Shown: positions 27,673-37,595 of the stretch, piece after piece | How positions within the stretch are numbered: the first letter of the stretch is position 1 | How the letters are laid out: each line of letters begins with the position of its first letter | NCBI GenBank assembly: GCA_050287845.1 | Contig: JBNKCR010000065.1 | Location: 1-64,000 of the forward strand | Reading direction: 5' to 3' | DNA from: Polyangia bacterium | GTDB taxonomy: Bacteria > Myxococcota_A > Polyangia > JAAYKL01 | Length of the DNA stretch: 64,000 bases | Position numbers and translations under genes: made by a program | The notes under the pieces: generated by a model | The model's input: only the letters and a program-made list of their open reading frames with translations | Told to the model about the DNA's origin: nothing | The model's database searches: none

Positions 27673-28898
27673 ATCGGGTTGTGGTTACGGGAATGAGCGG
27701 AATCACCTCACTGGGAGAGAATTGGCCGACGGTAAAAGCGAACCTGCTGGCTCGCAGGTCGGGCATCCGGAAGATGGAATCGTGGAAAGAGATTGACGGC
27801 CTCGTCAGTCACCTGGGCGCGCCGGTTTCGGAGTTCAGAATTCCAGCCCATTACAATCGCAAGCATCTGCGGACCGCCGGTCGGGTAGCTACACTGGCCA
27901 TCCGCTCCACGGAACTGGCCCTCAAGGATGCCAATCTGCTGGAATCCCTATCGCTCAGTGACGGCACCACCGGCGTTTCGTACGGTTCGACCTATGGATC
28001 CGCGGACGCTTCCATTGAATTCATGAAACAGGTCGGCGTGGATAAAACCGTGAATGGCGTGAAAGGCTCCCAGTTCATCAAATTCATGAGCCACACCTGC
28101 GCCGCAAACATCAGTCAGTTTTTTAAAACCAGGGGAAGACTCATTCCCGCCTGTTCCGCCTGCACCTCCGGCAGTCAGGGCATTGGCTTCGGATACGAAA
28201 TGGTGAAATTCGGGATTCAGGACATCATGATTTGCGGCGGCGCCGAGGAACTGGATCCGCTGGGGACGGCCGTATTCGACGTGATGTATGCCACCAGCCG
28301 ACGAAACGATGAACCGGAGTCCACCCCCCGCCCATTCGATAAGGATCGGGACGGGCTCGTGGTGGGGGAAGGAAGCGCCACCCTCATATTGGAATCGCTG
28401 GACAGTGCAAAACGTCGCGGCGCCCCCATTTACGCGGAGTTGGTCGGATTTGCCAGTAACAGTGACGGGGCGCACATGGTGAATCCCGCCCGGGAGGGCA
28501 TGCATCAGGTGATGCAACTCGCCCTGCAGAATGCAGGTCTGACGCCAGATGATATCGATTTTGTGTCTGCCCACGGCACATCCACTGAAATCGGGGATGT
28601 GGCCGAAACCCGGGCCACCGAAGCCTGCTTTGGCCGGCCAGTTCCCATTGCATCCCTGAAAAGCTACTTCGGTCATACGCTGGGGGCCTGCGGCGCCATT
28701 GAGGCGTGGGTCAGTATCCATCAGCTCAACGAGGGCTGGGTGGCGCCCACCATCAACCTTGTCACGCCGGATCCGGCCTGTGGCAAACTGGACTTCGTGA
28801 TGGAAACCCGGTCCCTGGAGCAGACATACGTCATGAGCAACAATTTCGCCTTCGGCGGGGTGAACACCTCCCTCATCTTTAAAAAGTGGATGGAGTGA
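27669..28898 (+). CDS. Beta-ketoacyl-ACP synthase (FabF/ApeR-like)
   Basis: RVVVTG, SACTSGS, AHGTST, KSYFGH and SNNFAFGG motifs. Confidence 0.94.
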   Translation: MNRVVVTGMSGITSLGENWPTVKANLLARRSGIRKMESWKEIDGLVSHLGAPVSEFRIPAHYNRKHLRTAGRVATLAIRSTELALKDANLLESLSLSDGTTGVSYGSTYGSADASIEFMKQVGVDKTVNGVKGSQFIKFMSHTCAANISQFFKTRGRLIPACSACTSGSQGIGFGYEMVKFGIQDIMICGGAEELDPLGTAVFDVMYATSRRNDEPESTPRPFDKDRDGLVVGEGSATLILESLDSAKRRGAPIYAELVGFASNSDGAHMVNPAREGMHQVMQLALQNAGLTPDDIDFVSAHGTSTEIGDVAETRATEACFGRPVPIASLKSYFGHTLGACGAIEAWVSIHQLNEGWVAPTINLVTPDPACGKLDFVMETRSLEQTYVMSNNFAFGGVNTSLIFKKWME

Positions 28899-29455
28899 AA
28901 CGCATCGCTACAATTTTTATCAGCGCCGTTTTTGTCGCCTACCCGGTACTCATTTATTATGGGCTGACCACTTTTTCACCCGCAGTGGTGGGAATAGTCA
29001 TTCTGGCGATGCTGGGAGTGCGCACGGCAGTGGTGATGAAACTGTCCTTTCAGAAACTGAAGCCGCTCTTGCCCCTCACCATGGCCGCCGCGCTGCCGTC
29101 CGTGTATTCGCTGCTGTTCAACAGTGAGCGGGCGCTGTTGCTCACGCCGGTACTGGTCAACGTCGCATTGCTCGGCACCTTCGGATGGACCCTGCTCCGG
29201 GGCCCCAGCATGGTGGCGCGGTTTGCTGCCCTCAAAGAACCCACCATGACCGACGCCATCCTCACCTACTGCAAAAAGGTCACGGTGGTATGGTGCACAT
29301 TTTTCGTCGTCAACGGCGCCGTGGCCGCCTATACCGCCATATGTGCATCTAAAGAATACTGGACTCTTTACAACGGTCTAATCAGCTACATTCTGATGGG
29401 ACTCCTCTTTGGCGCGGAGTTCATCGTCCGAAAGACAGTGAAACAGAAGGGATGA
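28895..29455 (+). CDS. Membrane protein of APE clusters (ApeG-like)
   Basis: AYPVLIYYG, YCKKVTVVWCTFF and WTLYNGLISYILMG motifs. GTGA overlap. Confidence 0.82.
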   Translation: MKRIATIFISAVFVAYPVLIYYGLTTFSPAVVGIVILAMLGVRTAVVMKLSFQKLKPLLPLTMAAALPSVYSLLFNSERALLLTPVLVNVALLGTFGWTLLRGPSMVARFAALKEPTMTDAILTYCKKVTVVWCTFFVVNGAVAAYTAICASKEYWTLYNGLISYILMGLLFGAEFIVRKTVKQKG

Positions 29456-29458
29456 CCC

Positions 29459-30100
29459 ATGCACAAAGGGGTTACAATTGCAATCGCTCTATTTTTCATT
29501 CCCGCCGTCATCGTCGCCAACGACGGGGACAGCGTTTTTTCCCATCCGGTGACTCCCCGGAATCAGTCGGTATTCATGGGTGAGGTCAAACGCCTGCAGC
29601 TGAAAGGCGAACAGGTGAAGGGCTTCACCCAGCAAAAACGCGTCGCCGCACTGAAACGGCCGCTGATTTCCAGAGGCAGCATCGTACTAAGCCCCAAAGG
29701 CATATGCATTGCCACCCGGTCGCCCTTTTCGTCATCGGTAAAAATCACGACGGAAGGCATCTGGCAGCGGGCCGGAAACCAGAAAATATCTGTAAAGAAA
29801 GCCGAAGACCACATCGAAATCCGCCACACAGCACGAATCCTGATAGCCCTGTTCACCGCGGACCAATCGGTGCTGGAAGAACGATTTTCTCTGTATTTCC
29901 AAAAAACAGACGCCGGATTTGAAATGGGGTTGCGCCCCAGAGATCGGCTGCTCGCCAGGATAATATCCGAGATAGTCATTGAAGGTGCCGAAGAGATCCA
30001 TAAAATCGCAATCAAGGAGGCAAACGGGGATGGGACCACCATCCTGATTTCCGATGACAAACCAGCCAGCCCAATTTCCCTCGACACCTGTGTTCGGTAA
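29459..30100 (+). CDS. LolA-like periplasmic carrier (ApeL-like)
   Basis: Signal peptide, FTQQKRVAALKRPLISRG and EANGDGT motifs. Confidence 0.82.
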   Translation: MHKGVTIAIALFFIPAVIVANDGDSVFSHPVTPRNQSVFMGEVKRLQLKGEQVKGFTQQKRVAALKRPLISRGSIVLSPKGICIATRSPFSSSVKITTEGIWQRAGNQKISVKKAEDHIEIRHTARILIALFTADQSVLEERFSLYFQKTDAGFEMGLRPRDRLLARIISEIVIEGAEEIHKIAIKEANGDGTTILISDDKPASPISLDTCVR

Positions 30101-32405
30101 ATACCGAAAACGCATCGCTGCCCTGTACGCCCTGCTCATCATTGGTGGACTGGCGCTGCTCATTCACTATTTCATTTCATCGCCACTGAAAACCAGCATC
30201 CTGGACATGATTCCCGAAACGGAGCATACCCCCGCCACAAGGGCCGCGTATCACACGTTGAGCCACGCCCTGGAATCCCGACTGGTTATCCTTGTGGCAG
30301 CGAAGAATCCGACGTCCGCCATACACGCCGCCGATGACCTGTGCATGCGCTTGACGAAAGCCCACACCTTTTTTTCAGACGTTACCTGCCGTGTGGACGA
30401 CACCATGAAAAAAAAGTTCTTCGACACCTTCTTTCCCGCGCGCTGGTCCCTGCTCTCCCCGGAAATTCGCCAGATGGCCACAGCCGACAACCAGGCAGCG
30501 CTGGTGCAGAAGACGGTACAGCGATTGTATGCCCTGTTTTCGGGTGGTACCTCATCCCTCATCGAAACCGATCCGTACTTTCTGTTTGAAGACTATTTCA
30601 TGTCGCTGCCCAGCCTGTCCGGTGCGTTTTCCCCCCGGGACGGGCACCTGGTGCTCGAGAAGAAAAAACGAACATGGGTACTGATTACCGCAACGGGCAA
30701 AGACGGTGCATTTTCCGGTAGCGGCGCCTCTGAAATGGTCGCCACCGTCGACGACGCCATCCGCAGCACCACGGCAGAAAACCCGGAATCAAAAATATTG
30801 TGGACCGGAATGGCCCGATACGCTGCCCAGGCGGCGAACGGGGCCAGAAGAGAAGTATCCATCATTGGCACCGGTTCCATCATCGGCGTGATATGTCTGT
30901 TGCTGCTGGCGTTTTCCAGTTTCCGGGAACTCGTTTTCGGTCTCATCCCCATCGCTGCGGGAATCATATTGGCCGTGGCGGTGACATGGTCCCTGTTTGG
31001 AGAGCTGCATCTTATCACCCTGGTGTTCGGCGCATCGCTGGTGGGGGTGTGTATCGACTACAGTTTTCACTACTTTGCCCACAATCTGGCGTCATCTTCC
31101 TCCCCTGAAAGGATTCTTGAGGAAGTGTTTCCAGGCATCACCCTGGGCATGGCCACCAGTGTCATCGGATATGTGGCGCTGCTGATAGCGCCCTTTCCCG
31201 GGTTCAAACAGATGGCCATTTTCGCCAGTGCCGGATTAATTGGCGCATGGGCCGCAGTGGTCCTGTGGTTTCCCTATCTGCCATTCACCCGAAGAGAGCG
31301 ATCACTGCCCCGTCTCTGGTTCTGGACCCGGCGCTACACCCACATGCTGCACCCACGGCATCTGCGATGGGCGTTGCTCCTCTGCATCCCATTTGCCGTG
31401 GCGGTTCCCTTTGTTCAGGCCAACGACGATATTCGACTGCTGCGGGGAGAGTTTCCCACCCTGGAACATGAAGAATCACAGATTGCCGGGCTGATGAAAA
31501 CCTTCGACAAAAGCCGTTTTCTGGTAGTACAGGCGGTCACCGACGAAGCCCTGGCCCAGAAAGAAGAACACCTTCTTTCCAAACTGAAACCGCTCATTCG
31601 CTCCGGCGCCATCGGCAATGCCGTTGCCATGGCACAGCTGGTGCCATCCTTTCAGGTGCAGAAGGAAAACCGCCGTTTTTTGCGGCGGTTCACCAATGGG
31701 AATACTGCCAAATCCCTGTTTGACCATATGGGATGGGAACCCACGGACATCCGGAGAATCACCCGGATGATTGACGAATCCAAACCATTGCGCGCACAGG
31801 ATGTCGCTAAGATTCCAGGGTTCGCCCTCCCCGGGAAACTCCGGATTGGAAAAGTGGGTGACAACCGCGCATCGGTCATCCTGTTTCAGAATATCCGGGA
31901 GGAATCCGGTATCCGTGCGGCGATACGCAATGAAACCGGCGTCACCTATGTAAACAAGGTGCAGACCGTTACCTCACTGTTTACCCGGTATCGGCATCTT
32001 TCTGCACTGCTGGTAGGCGCGGCCTATGTGGCCATCCTGATTTTTCTCATGATCCGCTACGGGGTGCGGCGGGGAATACGCACCATTCTCCCACCGCTCA
32101 TGACGGCGATACTGCTGCTGGGAGGCATGAGTCTGTTGCGGGTGGAGGTCAATCTCTTCACTTTCTTCGCGCTCATCATCGTCCTGGCCATTGGCATTGA
32201 CTACACATTGTTTTTCGCCGAATCCCGGGACACGGCCCCCACGGTATTTGCCATTTCTCTTTCGGGAATAACCACCATTCTGTCCTTCGGACTTCTGGCA
32301 TTAAGTCAGAATCCGGCACTGCGGACGTTCGGTGTCACGGTACTGGTCGGAATCTTTCTGGCCATGTGTCTATCTCCTTTATCGCAGAAACGGGAGTTCA
32401 TATGA
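30054..32405 (+). CDS. MMPL-family lipid exporter (ApeM-like)
   Basis: Two multi-TM blocks, with GASLVGVCIDY and LAIGIDY motifs. Confidence 0.9.
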   Translation: MTNQPAQFPSTPVFGKYRKRIAALYALLIIGGLALLIHYFISSPLKTSILDMIPETEHTPATRAAYHTLSHALESRLVILVAAKNPTSAIHAADDLCMRLTKAHTFFSDVTCRVDDTMKKKFFDTFFPARWSLLSPEIRQMATADNQAALVQKTVQRLYALFSGGTSSLIETDPYFLFEDYFMSLPSLSGAFSPRDGHLVLEKKKRTWVLITATGKDGAFSGSGASEMVATVDDAIRSTTAENPESKILWTGMARYAAQAANGARREVSIIGTGSIIGVICLLLLAFSSFRELVFGLIPIAAGIILAVAVTWSLFGELHLITLVFGASLVGVCIDYSFHYFAHNLASSSSPERILEEVFPGITLGMATSVIGYVALLIAPFPGFKQMAIFASAGLIGAWAAVVLWFPYLPFTRRERSLPRLWFWTRRYTHMLHPRHLRWALLLCIPFAVAVPFVQANDDIRLLRGEFPTLEHEESQIAGLMKTFDKSRFLVVQAVTDEALAQKEEHLLSKLKPLIRSGAIGNAVAMAQLVPSFQVQKENRRFLRRFTNGNTAKSLFDHMGWEPTDIRRITRMIDESKPLRAQDVAKIPGFALPGKLRIGKVGDNRASVILFQNIREESGIRAAIRNETGVTYVNKVQTVTSLFTRYRHLSALLVGAAYVAILIFLMIRYGVRRGIRTILPPLMTAILLLGGMSLLRVEVNLFTFFALIIVLAIGIDYTLFFAESRDTAPTVFAISLSGITTILSFGLLALSQNPALRTFGVTVLVGIFLAMCLSPLSQKREFI

Positions 32406-33037
32406 CAACTCGCAGGACATTCATTTATCTCAAACTGTACGCCGCCATCCTCCTTGCCGGATGTGCTGGACGAACCGTCCACACGTCGCCGGCAAACGTC
32501 GACTACGTGGACGGCATCGCGGCACAGTTTCAGAAAAACGCATTCGATGTGCAACCATCACTGGTGCAGCAGGTGGTCTACACCAGAGGTGAATCGTCTC
32601 TTTCGTTTACGGCAATGGTGGAAGTGTCCAATGATTCAGTTGCCATCGCCGGTCTATCGCCCCTGGGCAAAAGACAATTCATGATGACCATTGCGACGAA
32701 CGATATCACCTACACGAAAGAACCCCTGTTTGAATGGCCGTTTCCTCCCGTATATCTGGCCAGGGACTTCCTGCTGGTGTATCAGGACGCCTCTTTACTG
32801 AAAGCGCAAAACCCCGAACTGGATGTGGTGGATGCCGGAAAATGGCGAGACATACGGCTTGCGGAGCACTTGCAGATTCAGATTGAGTACGAACACCGGG
32901 GTTTCGAAACCGGTAAAATCCGACTGGTTCATCTGGCGCAGGGATATACCCTCGAAATCGATACGGTACAGGTGGATTTTCCCGCGGAAGTGATTACCTC
33001 TGAAGTGATCACCTCAAAGGACGAAGAAGAACGATAG
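32402..33037 (+). CDS. DUF3261-like lipoprotein (ApeN-like)
   Basis: LAGC lipobox, AGLSPLGKRQF and LARDFLLVY motifs. Position in the cluster. Confidence 0.75.
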   Translation: MTTRRTFIYLKLYAAILLAGCAGRTVHTSPANVDYVDGIAAQFQKNAFDVQPSLVQQVVYTRGESSLSFTAMVEVSNDSVAIAGLSPLGKRQFMMTIATNDITYTKEPLFEWPFPPVYLARDFLLVYQDASLLKAQNPELDVVDAGKWRDIRLAEHLQIQIEYEHRGFETGKIRLVHLAQGYTLEIDTVQVDFPAEVITSEVITSKDEEER

Positions 33038-33052
33038 ATTGGACACTTTCCA

Positions 33053-33841
33053 ATGAACCAGGTCAAACGCGCCATCAGCGTTACAGGTACGGGCATCAGC
33101 TTTGTCATCTTCATGCTGTGGGGATTTTTCCTTGGGGTATTGCTTTTTCCAATACTTCGATTCATTGAAGGAACGCGGGCCCGTGCAGCGTTTCATCGCC
33201 ATATGCGCTTCACATGGCGGATATTTACGGCCATTATGCAGCTGACCGGCGGATTCCGCTCCATTCGCGTCACCGGACTCGAAAACCTGCCCCGGAACCG
33301 ACCCTATCTGCTGATTGGCAATCACCTCACACTGGTGGACATTGTCGTGCTGGGTGCCCGGGTTCCGGATTTCAACTGCGTCGTGAAAATGAGCCTGTGG
33401 AATCATCCGTTCTTCGGTGCGGTGGTGAAAGCATGCAATTTCATTCCCAACATGGCCAGCGATGTATTCATTGAACAATGCCAGAAAGGGTTCGATGAAA
33501 ACCGCCCCCTCATCATATTTCCCCAGGGGTCCAGAACCCCACCGGATGAACCCCTGAAATTTCAGCGAGGCGCCGCTCAGGTGGCTGTCCGCACTGGCGT
33601 CGATGTGTACCCGGCGCTCATCAATTGCCAGCCGGTGACTCTGGCCAGAGGCATGCCGTGGTACAAAGTGCCCGCTTTCCCCAGACTGCATATTGAAATT
33701 CAGCCGGCCCTGTTGCCTCCTGATGATTTCGATCCCAATGCGCCCCCTCCCAGACAGGTCCGCCAACTCAACCAGTGGTGGGAACAATACTTCCGGAAAC
33801 AACTCGCCAGACACGAAACACCTGAAACATCGACAACTTAA
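33053..33841 (+). CDS. Lysophospholipid acyltransferase (PlsC/ApeD-like)
   Basis: NHLTLVD (HX4D), IFPQGSRT, FQRGAA and PWYKVP motifs. Confidence 0.9.
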   Translation: MNQVKRAISVTGTGISFVIFMLWGFFLGVLLFPILRFIEGTRARAAFHRHMRFTWRIFTAIMQLTGGFRSIRVTGLENLPRNRPYLLIGNHLTLVDIVVLGARVPDFNCVVKMSLWNHPFFGAVVKACNFIPNMASDVFIEQCQKGFDENRPLIIFPQGSRTPPDEPLKFQRGAAQVAVRTGVDVYPALINCQPVTLARGMPWYKVPAFPRLHIEIQPALLPPDDFDPNAPPPRQVRQLNQWWEQYFRKQLARHETPETSTT

Positions 33842-33960
33842 TCCCTCGAAAAGCGTAAACGCCAACGTTGCAAAAAATGGTGAAACATTGAATGCCGCAT
33901 GCATTGGTCAGGAAGTCCATACGTCCTGAATACATTTTCGCTGACAACCTCTACCTGCGC

Positions 33961-34506
33961 CTACAGCAACATCTGCAGAGTGATTTTTTGCGATTCAAGT
34001 TCTTCAGTAAGTAGTGAACACCACTCGTCGATGACCGTCCGGTCTGCAGTGAGGCCGGCGGGAAACAGAAACGCGGTCTTGATTCGTTTACCGGTGGCCA
34101 GCCTGAGGGCACGGTCTGCGATGTGCTGCAGGGCCAGTCTATCCAGCGCGCCGACCGGGCAAATGAACATGATTTTTCGGACTGCAAAAACCGGGCTGCG
34201 CGTGGCCAGTTCGGCAACGGTGTGGTCCTGTGCCCGGGTTACCGTGGCCTGGTGATGAATTTCAGCTGCCATCGGGCATAACATGGCCAGATTCATATTC
34301 AGCAGTACCGTCATCAAATCAGTGGGCCCCCTGCCCTGCCCGGCCAATACCATGGCCTCTGCACAAATCTGTTCGTGCAGATGCCCCAATTGGATGTCAT
34401 CGGGATTCCGGGCACAGATTTCCTGCTGCGTGGATGGGGGCAGCACACTCTTTTTCATGGTCTGCATCAGTCGGGATTTCATTTCTTCGTCCAGATTCTC
34501 ATTCAT
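33961..34506 (-). CDS. Hypothetical protein
   Basis: 181-aa ORF coupled by an ATGA overlap to the lpxL-like gene. RBS GAGGAG. No recognised domain. Confidence 0.6.
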   Translation of the reverse strand: MNENLDEEMKSRLMQTMKKSVLPPSTQQEICARNPDDIQLGHLHEQICAEAMVLAGQGRGPTDLMTVLLNMNLAMLCPMAAEIHHQATVTRAQDHTVAELATRSPVFAVRKIMFICPVGALDRLALQHIADRALRLATGKRIKTAFLFPAGLTADRTVIDEWCSLLTEELESQKITLQMLL

Positions 34507-35399
34507 ATATCGGCTCCTCTGGCCGTTTTCCACCGGCGATGAAACCACACCCATTGGCTCATCTGACCCCGGATACGCTGCTCCAGCTTGCGAGTGAGCA
34601 GTGCGGTGGCATCCGTTTCATCCTCCGGTAATACCACGCGTTCAATATCAATTCGATGAATTCCAACACGGGTGCGCTTTACCGTGCCCACCACTACGGG
34701 AGTACCGGTTCTGACCGCAAAGGACGCTGCGCCGCTGGGCGTGTAGGCCTCGACGCCGAAAAATGGCACAAACACACCGGGCACCCGGGTATCCTGATCA
34801 ATGAGCATGCCGAGAATATGCCCACTTTTAAGTGCGCGATATAACTTTCCCACGCTGCCCCGGTCATCCCGATAGATGCCGTGCACCCCGAACCGCGTCC
34901 GCTGTCGACGGATAAACCGGGTGAATCGGGTATCATAACTTTTTTTGGCCACAGTATGAATGGGGTACCCCGCATTGGCCAGCGCAATGGCCATCAGCTC
35001 CCAGTTTCCGATATGGCCGGTCACAAATATCACGCCGCAGTTCTTTGCAATCGCCCCATCGAGCGCCTTTTGGGATGATTCCGGAATAATCACAAGTGGC
35101 GAGTTGTTCCGTTTTCTCAGCAGCCGACATAACTCGGCAACGCTGAGGGCAAGATGGTTGAACACGCCGCGGGTGAGCTTTCGGGCGCGCTGTGACCGAT
35201 GGGTGATGGCGGTACGGGCACACAGCTGGGTCATCGCGATATGGCGTTCACGACGCGCCACCAGATACGCCAGACCGCCAAGCCACCGGGCCACCACAGG
35301 GACGAAACGCCCGGGGGTGCAGCCCAGCAACAGAAGGAAGAAGCGGACAATGTAATATATGGCAGCATGTCGCGCTGCTCTGATTCCCCTTGAAACCAT
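34503..35399 (-). CDS. lpxL: Lipid A late acyltransferase (LpxL/HtrB family)
   Basis: TGHIGNWE, LIDQD, VPFFG and QWVWFHRRWK motifs. Confidence 0.88.
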   Translation of the reverse strand: MVSRGIRAARHAAIYYIVRFFLLLLGCTPGRFVPVVARWLGGLAYLVARRERHIAMTQLCARTAITHRSQRARKLTRGVFNHLALSVAELCRLLRKRNNSPLVIIPESSQKALDGAIAKNCGVIFVTGHIGNWELMAIALANAGYPIHTVAKKSYDTRFTRFIRRQRTRFGVHGIYRDDRGSVGKLYRALKSGHILGMLIDQDTRVPGVFVPFFGVEAYTPSGAASFAVRTGTPVVVGTVKRTRVGIHRIDIERVVLPEDETDATALLTRKLEQRIRGQMSQWVWFHRRWKTARGADI

Positions 35400-35514
35400 G
35401 GAACCGGTGTATCATCAATTTTATCCCCGGTATCTTTGTTTTTTTGAAAGAACCTTTGACATTGAAAAAAAATATCCGTTCAGTTAGCACTGCGAATAAA
35501 CCCCGGAGAAATGT

Positions 35515-36162
35515 ATGAAAGAAGTTTTTGAATTCCTGAAAAATGGCGGCGTGGTAATGATTCCAATCCTGCTTGGGTCTGTTATTGCATTGGCCATCTT
35601 CCTTGAGCGCATGTGGTCGCTGCGAAAATCCAGAATTATTCCTGCAGGTCTGATTCAGTCCGTCCTGGAACTGGCTGAGAACAAAGAGTTCAAAAAAGCG
35701 AGGGATCTGTGCCTGACCAGCAACAGCCCGACGGGACGGGTACTGCAGGCAGGGTTGGACGCAAGACACGCCAAACGCCCGGAAATAAAGGAACGATTTG
35801 AGGAAACCGGACAGAAAGAAGTCTCCAGAATGGAACGGTTCGTTGAAGCCATGGGCACCACCGCCAGCGTGGAACCGCTGCTGGGACTGCTGGGTACGGT
35901 AACCGGTATGATTGGCGTTTTTAAAAAGGTGGTAAATACGGCGAGTACCGGATCGGTGGACCCCGCGCAACTGGCCGGTGGAATCTGGCAGGCGCTCATC
36001 ACAACCGCAGCCGGGCTCAGTGTCGCCATCATTGCGTACGTGGGATACCGCTATCTGCAATCCAAGAGTCAGCGCCGTATCATGGAAATGGAAGAAGGGG
36101 CAATGGCGCTTCTCGAACTGCTGCGCCCGGTCACACCTGAGACGGAGAAACAATCCTCATGA
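35515..36162 (+). CDS. MotA/TolQ/ExbB proton-channel protein
   Basis: GGVVMIPI, PLLGLLGTVTGMI and GIWQALITTAAGL motifs. Confidence 0.93.
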   Translation: MKEVFEFLKNGGVVMIPILLGSVIALAIFLERMWSLRKSRIIPAGLIQSVLELAENKEFKKARDLCLTSNSPTGRVLQAGLDARHAKRPEIKERFEETGQKEVSRMERFVEAMGTTASVEPLLGLLGTVTGMIGVFKKVVNTASTGSVDPAQLAGGIWQALITTAAGLSVAIIAYVGYRYLQSKSQRRIMEMEEGAMALLELLRPVTPETEKQSS

Positions 36163-36584
36163 ATTTTTCTTCAGGCAAAAAGAACCGGGCAATCGCCACG
36201 CTGGAGGTTACCCCTCTGGTGGACGTGGTTTTTCTGTTGCTCATTTTCTTCCTGCTCACCGCGACATATGTGAAAAACCCCAACATTGATATTGATTTGC
36301 CCAAAGCGTCGCCCCAGGACCTGTTTCCCAAAGACAATGATATTACGGTGGCGGTCACCAGTGACGGCACCATAAAAGTGGAAAAGAATGTGGTCACCAT
36401 GGAGAAACTGTCCACGTATCTGAAAAAGCGACTGAAGGAATCGGGAAAGAACGCAGTGGTCATTGTGAAAGCCGACAAGGGGGCCAGGCATGGTGTGGTG
36501 GTGAGTATCATGGATTTGGCAAAAAAACTCGGTTACGGTAAACTGGCGATTGCAGTGAACTCCACAGGCAATGAAAGTGAGTGA
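36159..36584 (+). CDS. ExbD/TolR protein
   Basis: TPLVDVVFLLLIFF, DLPKA and KADKGARHG motifs. Confidence 0.93.
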   Translation: MNFSSGKKNRAIATLEVTPLVDVVFLLLIFFLLTATYVKNPNIDIDLPKASPQDLFPKDNDITVAVTSDGTIKVEKNVVTMEKLSTYLKKRLKESGKNAVVIVKADKGARHGVVVSIMDLAKKLGYGKLAIAVNSTGNESE

Positions 36585-37374
36585 AATGATGCGGCACGAA
36601 GAACGCCGGCGAACGTCCGTTTTCCACAGACCGTATCTCCTGTGGAAAGCAGGCACTGGATTGCCTGTGATACTTTCGGTTGTCATGTCCGTCGCGATCC
36701 TGCTGCTGTCTGCCAACGCCAGTGCCGGGAGAGTGGCGGCATTTTATCTGGAACCCCATTTCGGCGCTGCTCGGCTCATTCTGAAAGCCGTTGAGATTGA
36801 GCGAAGCTTTGTGACCGCGGTGACCTCGGATGCATCCTATGGGCTCACGGATATTAACCCGGAAGGGATTATTGCCCCCGTGGGCCGAATGATCAGCTAC
36901 AGCGGCGGTGGCGTGGAAGCCGGGTTCACCACCGGCGTGAAGATTTCGGGGTTGAAGCTGGGGTTCACATTCACCTGGATAAACGCTTCATTCACCGGAT
37001 TTTCCAAACGGTATCGATACTCACCCGAGCTCATGCGGGCACAGGGGAGAAAATATGAAGACGAGGATACACTTCCCGTTTTCCGGCTGATGGGCGCCAT
37101 CAAGTACGGCGTGCCGATTATGCGTATCCTTCTTCAATTTCAGACCCGCATCGGCCGGATGATCATTCGCGATACATCACTCATTGTGGGCCGAGCAGTT
37201 GAGGAACAGAACGGCATGACCGCAGATGTCGGCATCGAGGCCACCATGCGCCCCTCCCGTTGGATTTCGATAGGCTTTCTCGGATACGGCGGTTTCTTCG
37301 CTTTTACCGGCAAATATGAAGGCGGTATGGGCGGGGTTTTCGGCGGCAATGGCACGCTCTGTATTTATTTTTAG
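36571..37374 (+). CDS. Hypothetical exported protein, probable small outer-membrane beta-barrel
   Basis: Hydrophobic stretch ending ASA, alternating Gly/aromatic strands and C-terminal YF. Start uncertain. Confidence 0.55.
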   Translation: MKVSEMMRHEERRRTSVFHRPYLLWKAGTGLPVILSVVMSVAILLLSANASAGRVAAFYLEPHFGAARLILKAVEIERSFVTAVTSDASYGLTDINPEGIIAPVGRMISYSGGGVEAGFTTGVKISGLKLGFTFTWINASFTGFSKRYRYSPELMRAQGRKYEDEDTLPVFRLMGAIKYGVPIMRILLQFQTRIGRMIIRDTSLIVGRAVEEQNGMTADVGIEATMRPSRWISIGFLGYGGFFAFTGKYEGGMGGVFGGNGTLCIYF

Positions 37375-37595
37375 ACCGACCGCCAAATGCAGATTCTTCC
37401 CGGCCCCCGTACCTTCTCAATCCAAAACAATTATTTTGCGAAGTTGAATGATTTTGTATGCTTGCGATGTGACTTTTCACTTTAACTGATGTAGAATCCT
37501 CAATGCTTCAGATTTGCAGGCGATTGCGGATACTGGGGCACCCTCGTTTTTTGAAATTAAAGATGTATGCAGGATAAATGTGAAGGAGTCTAAAT

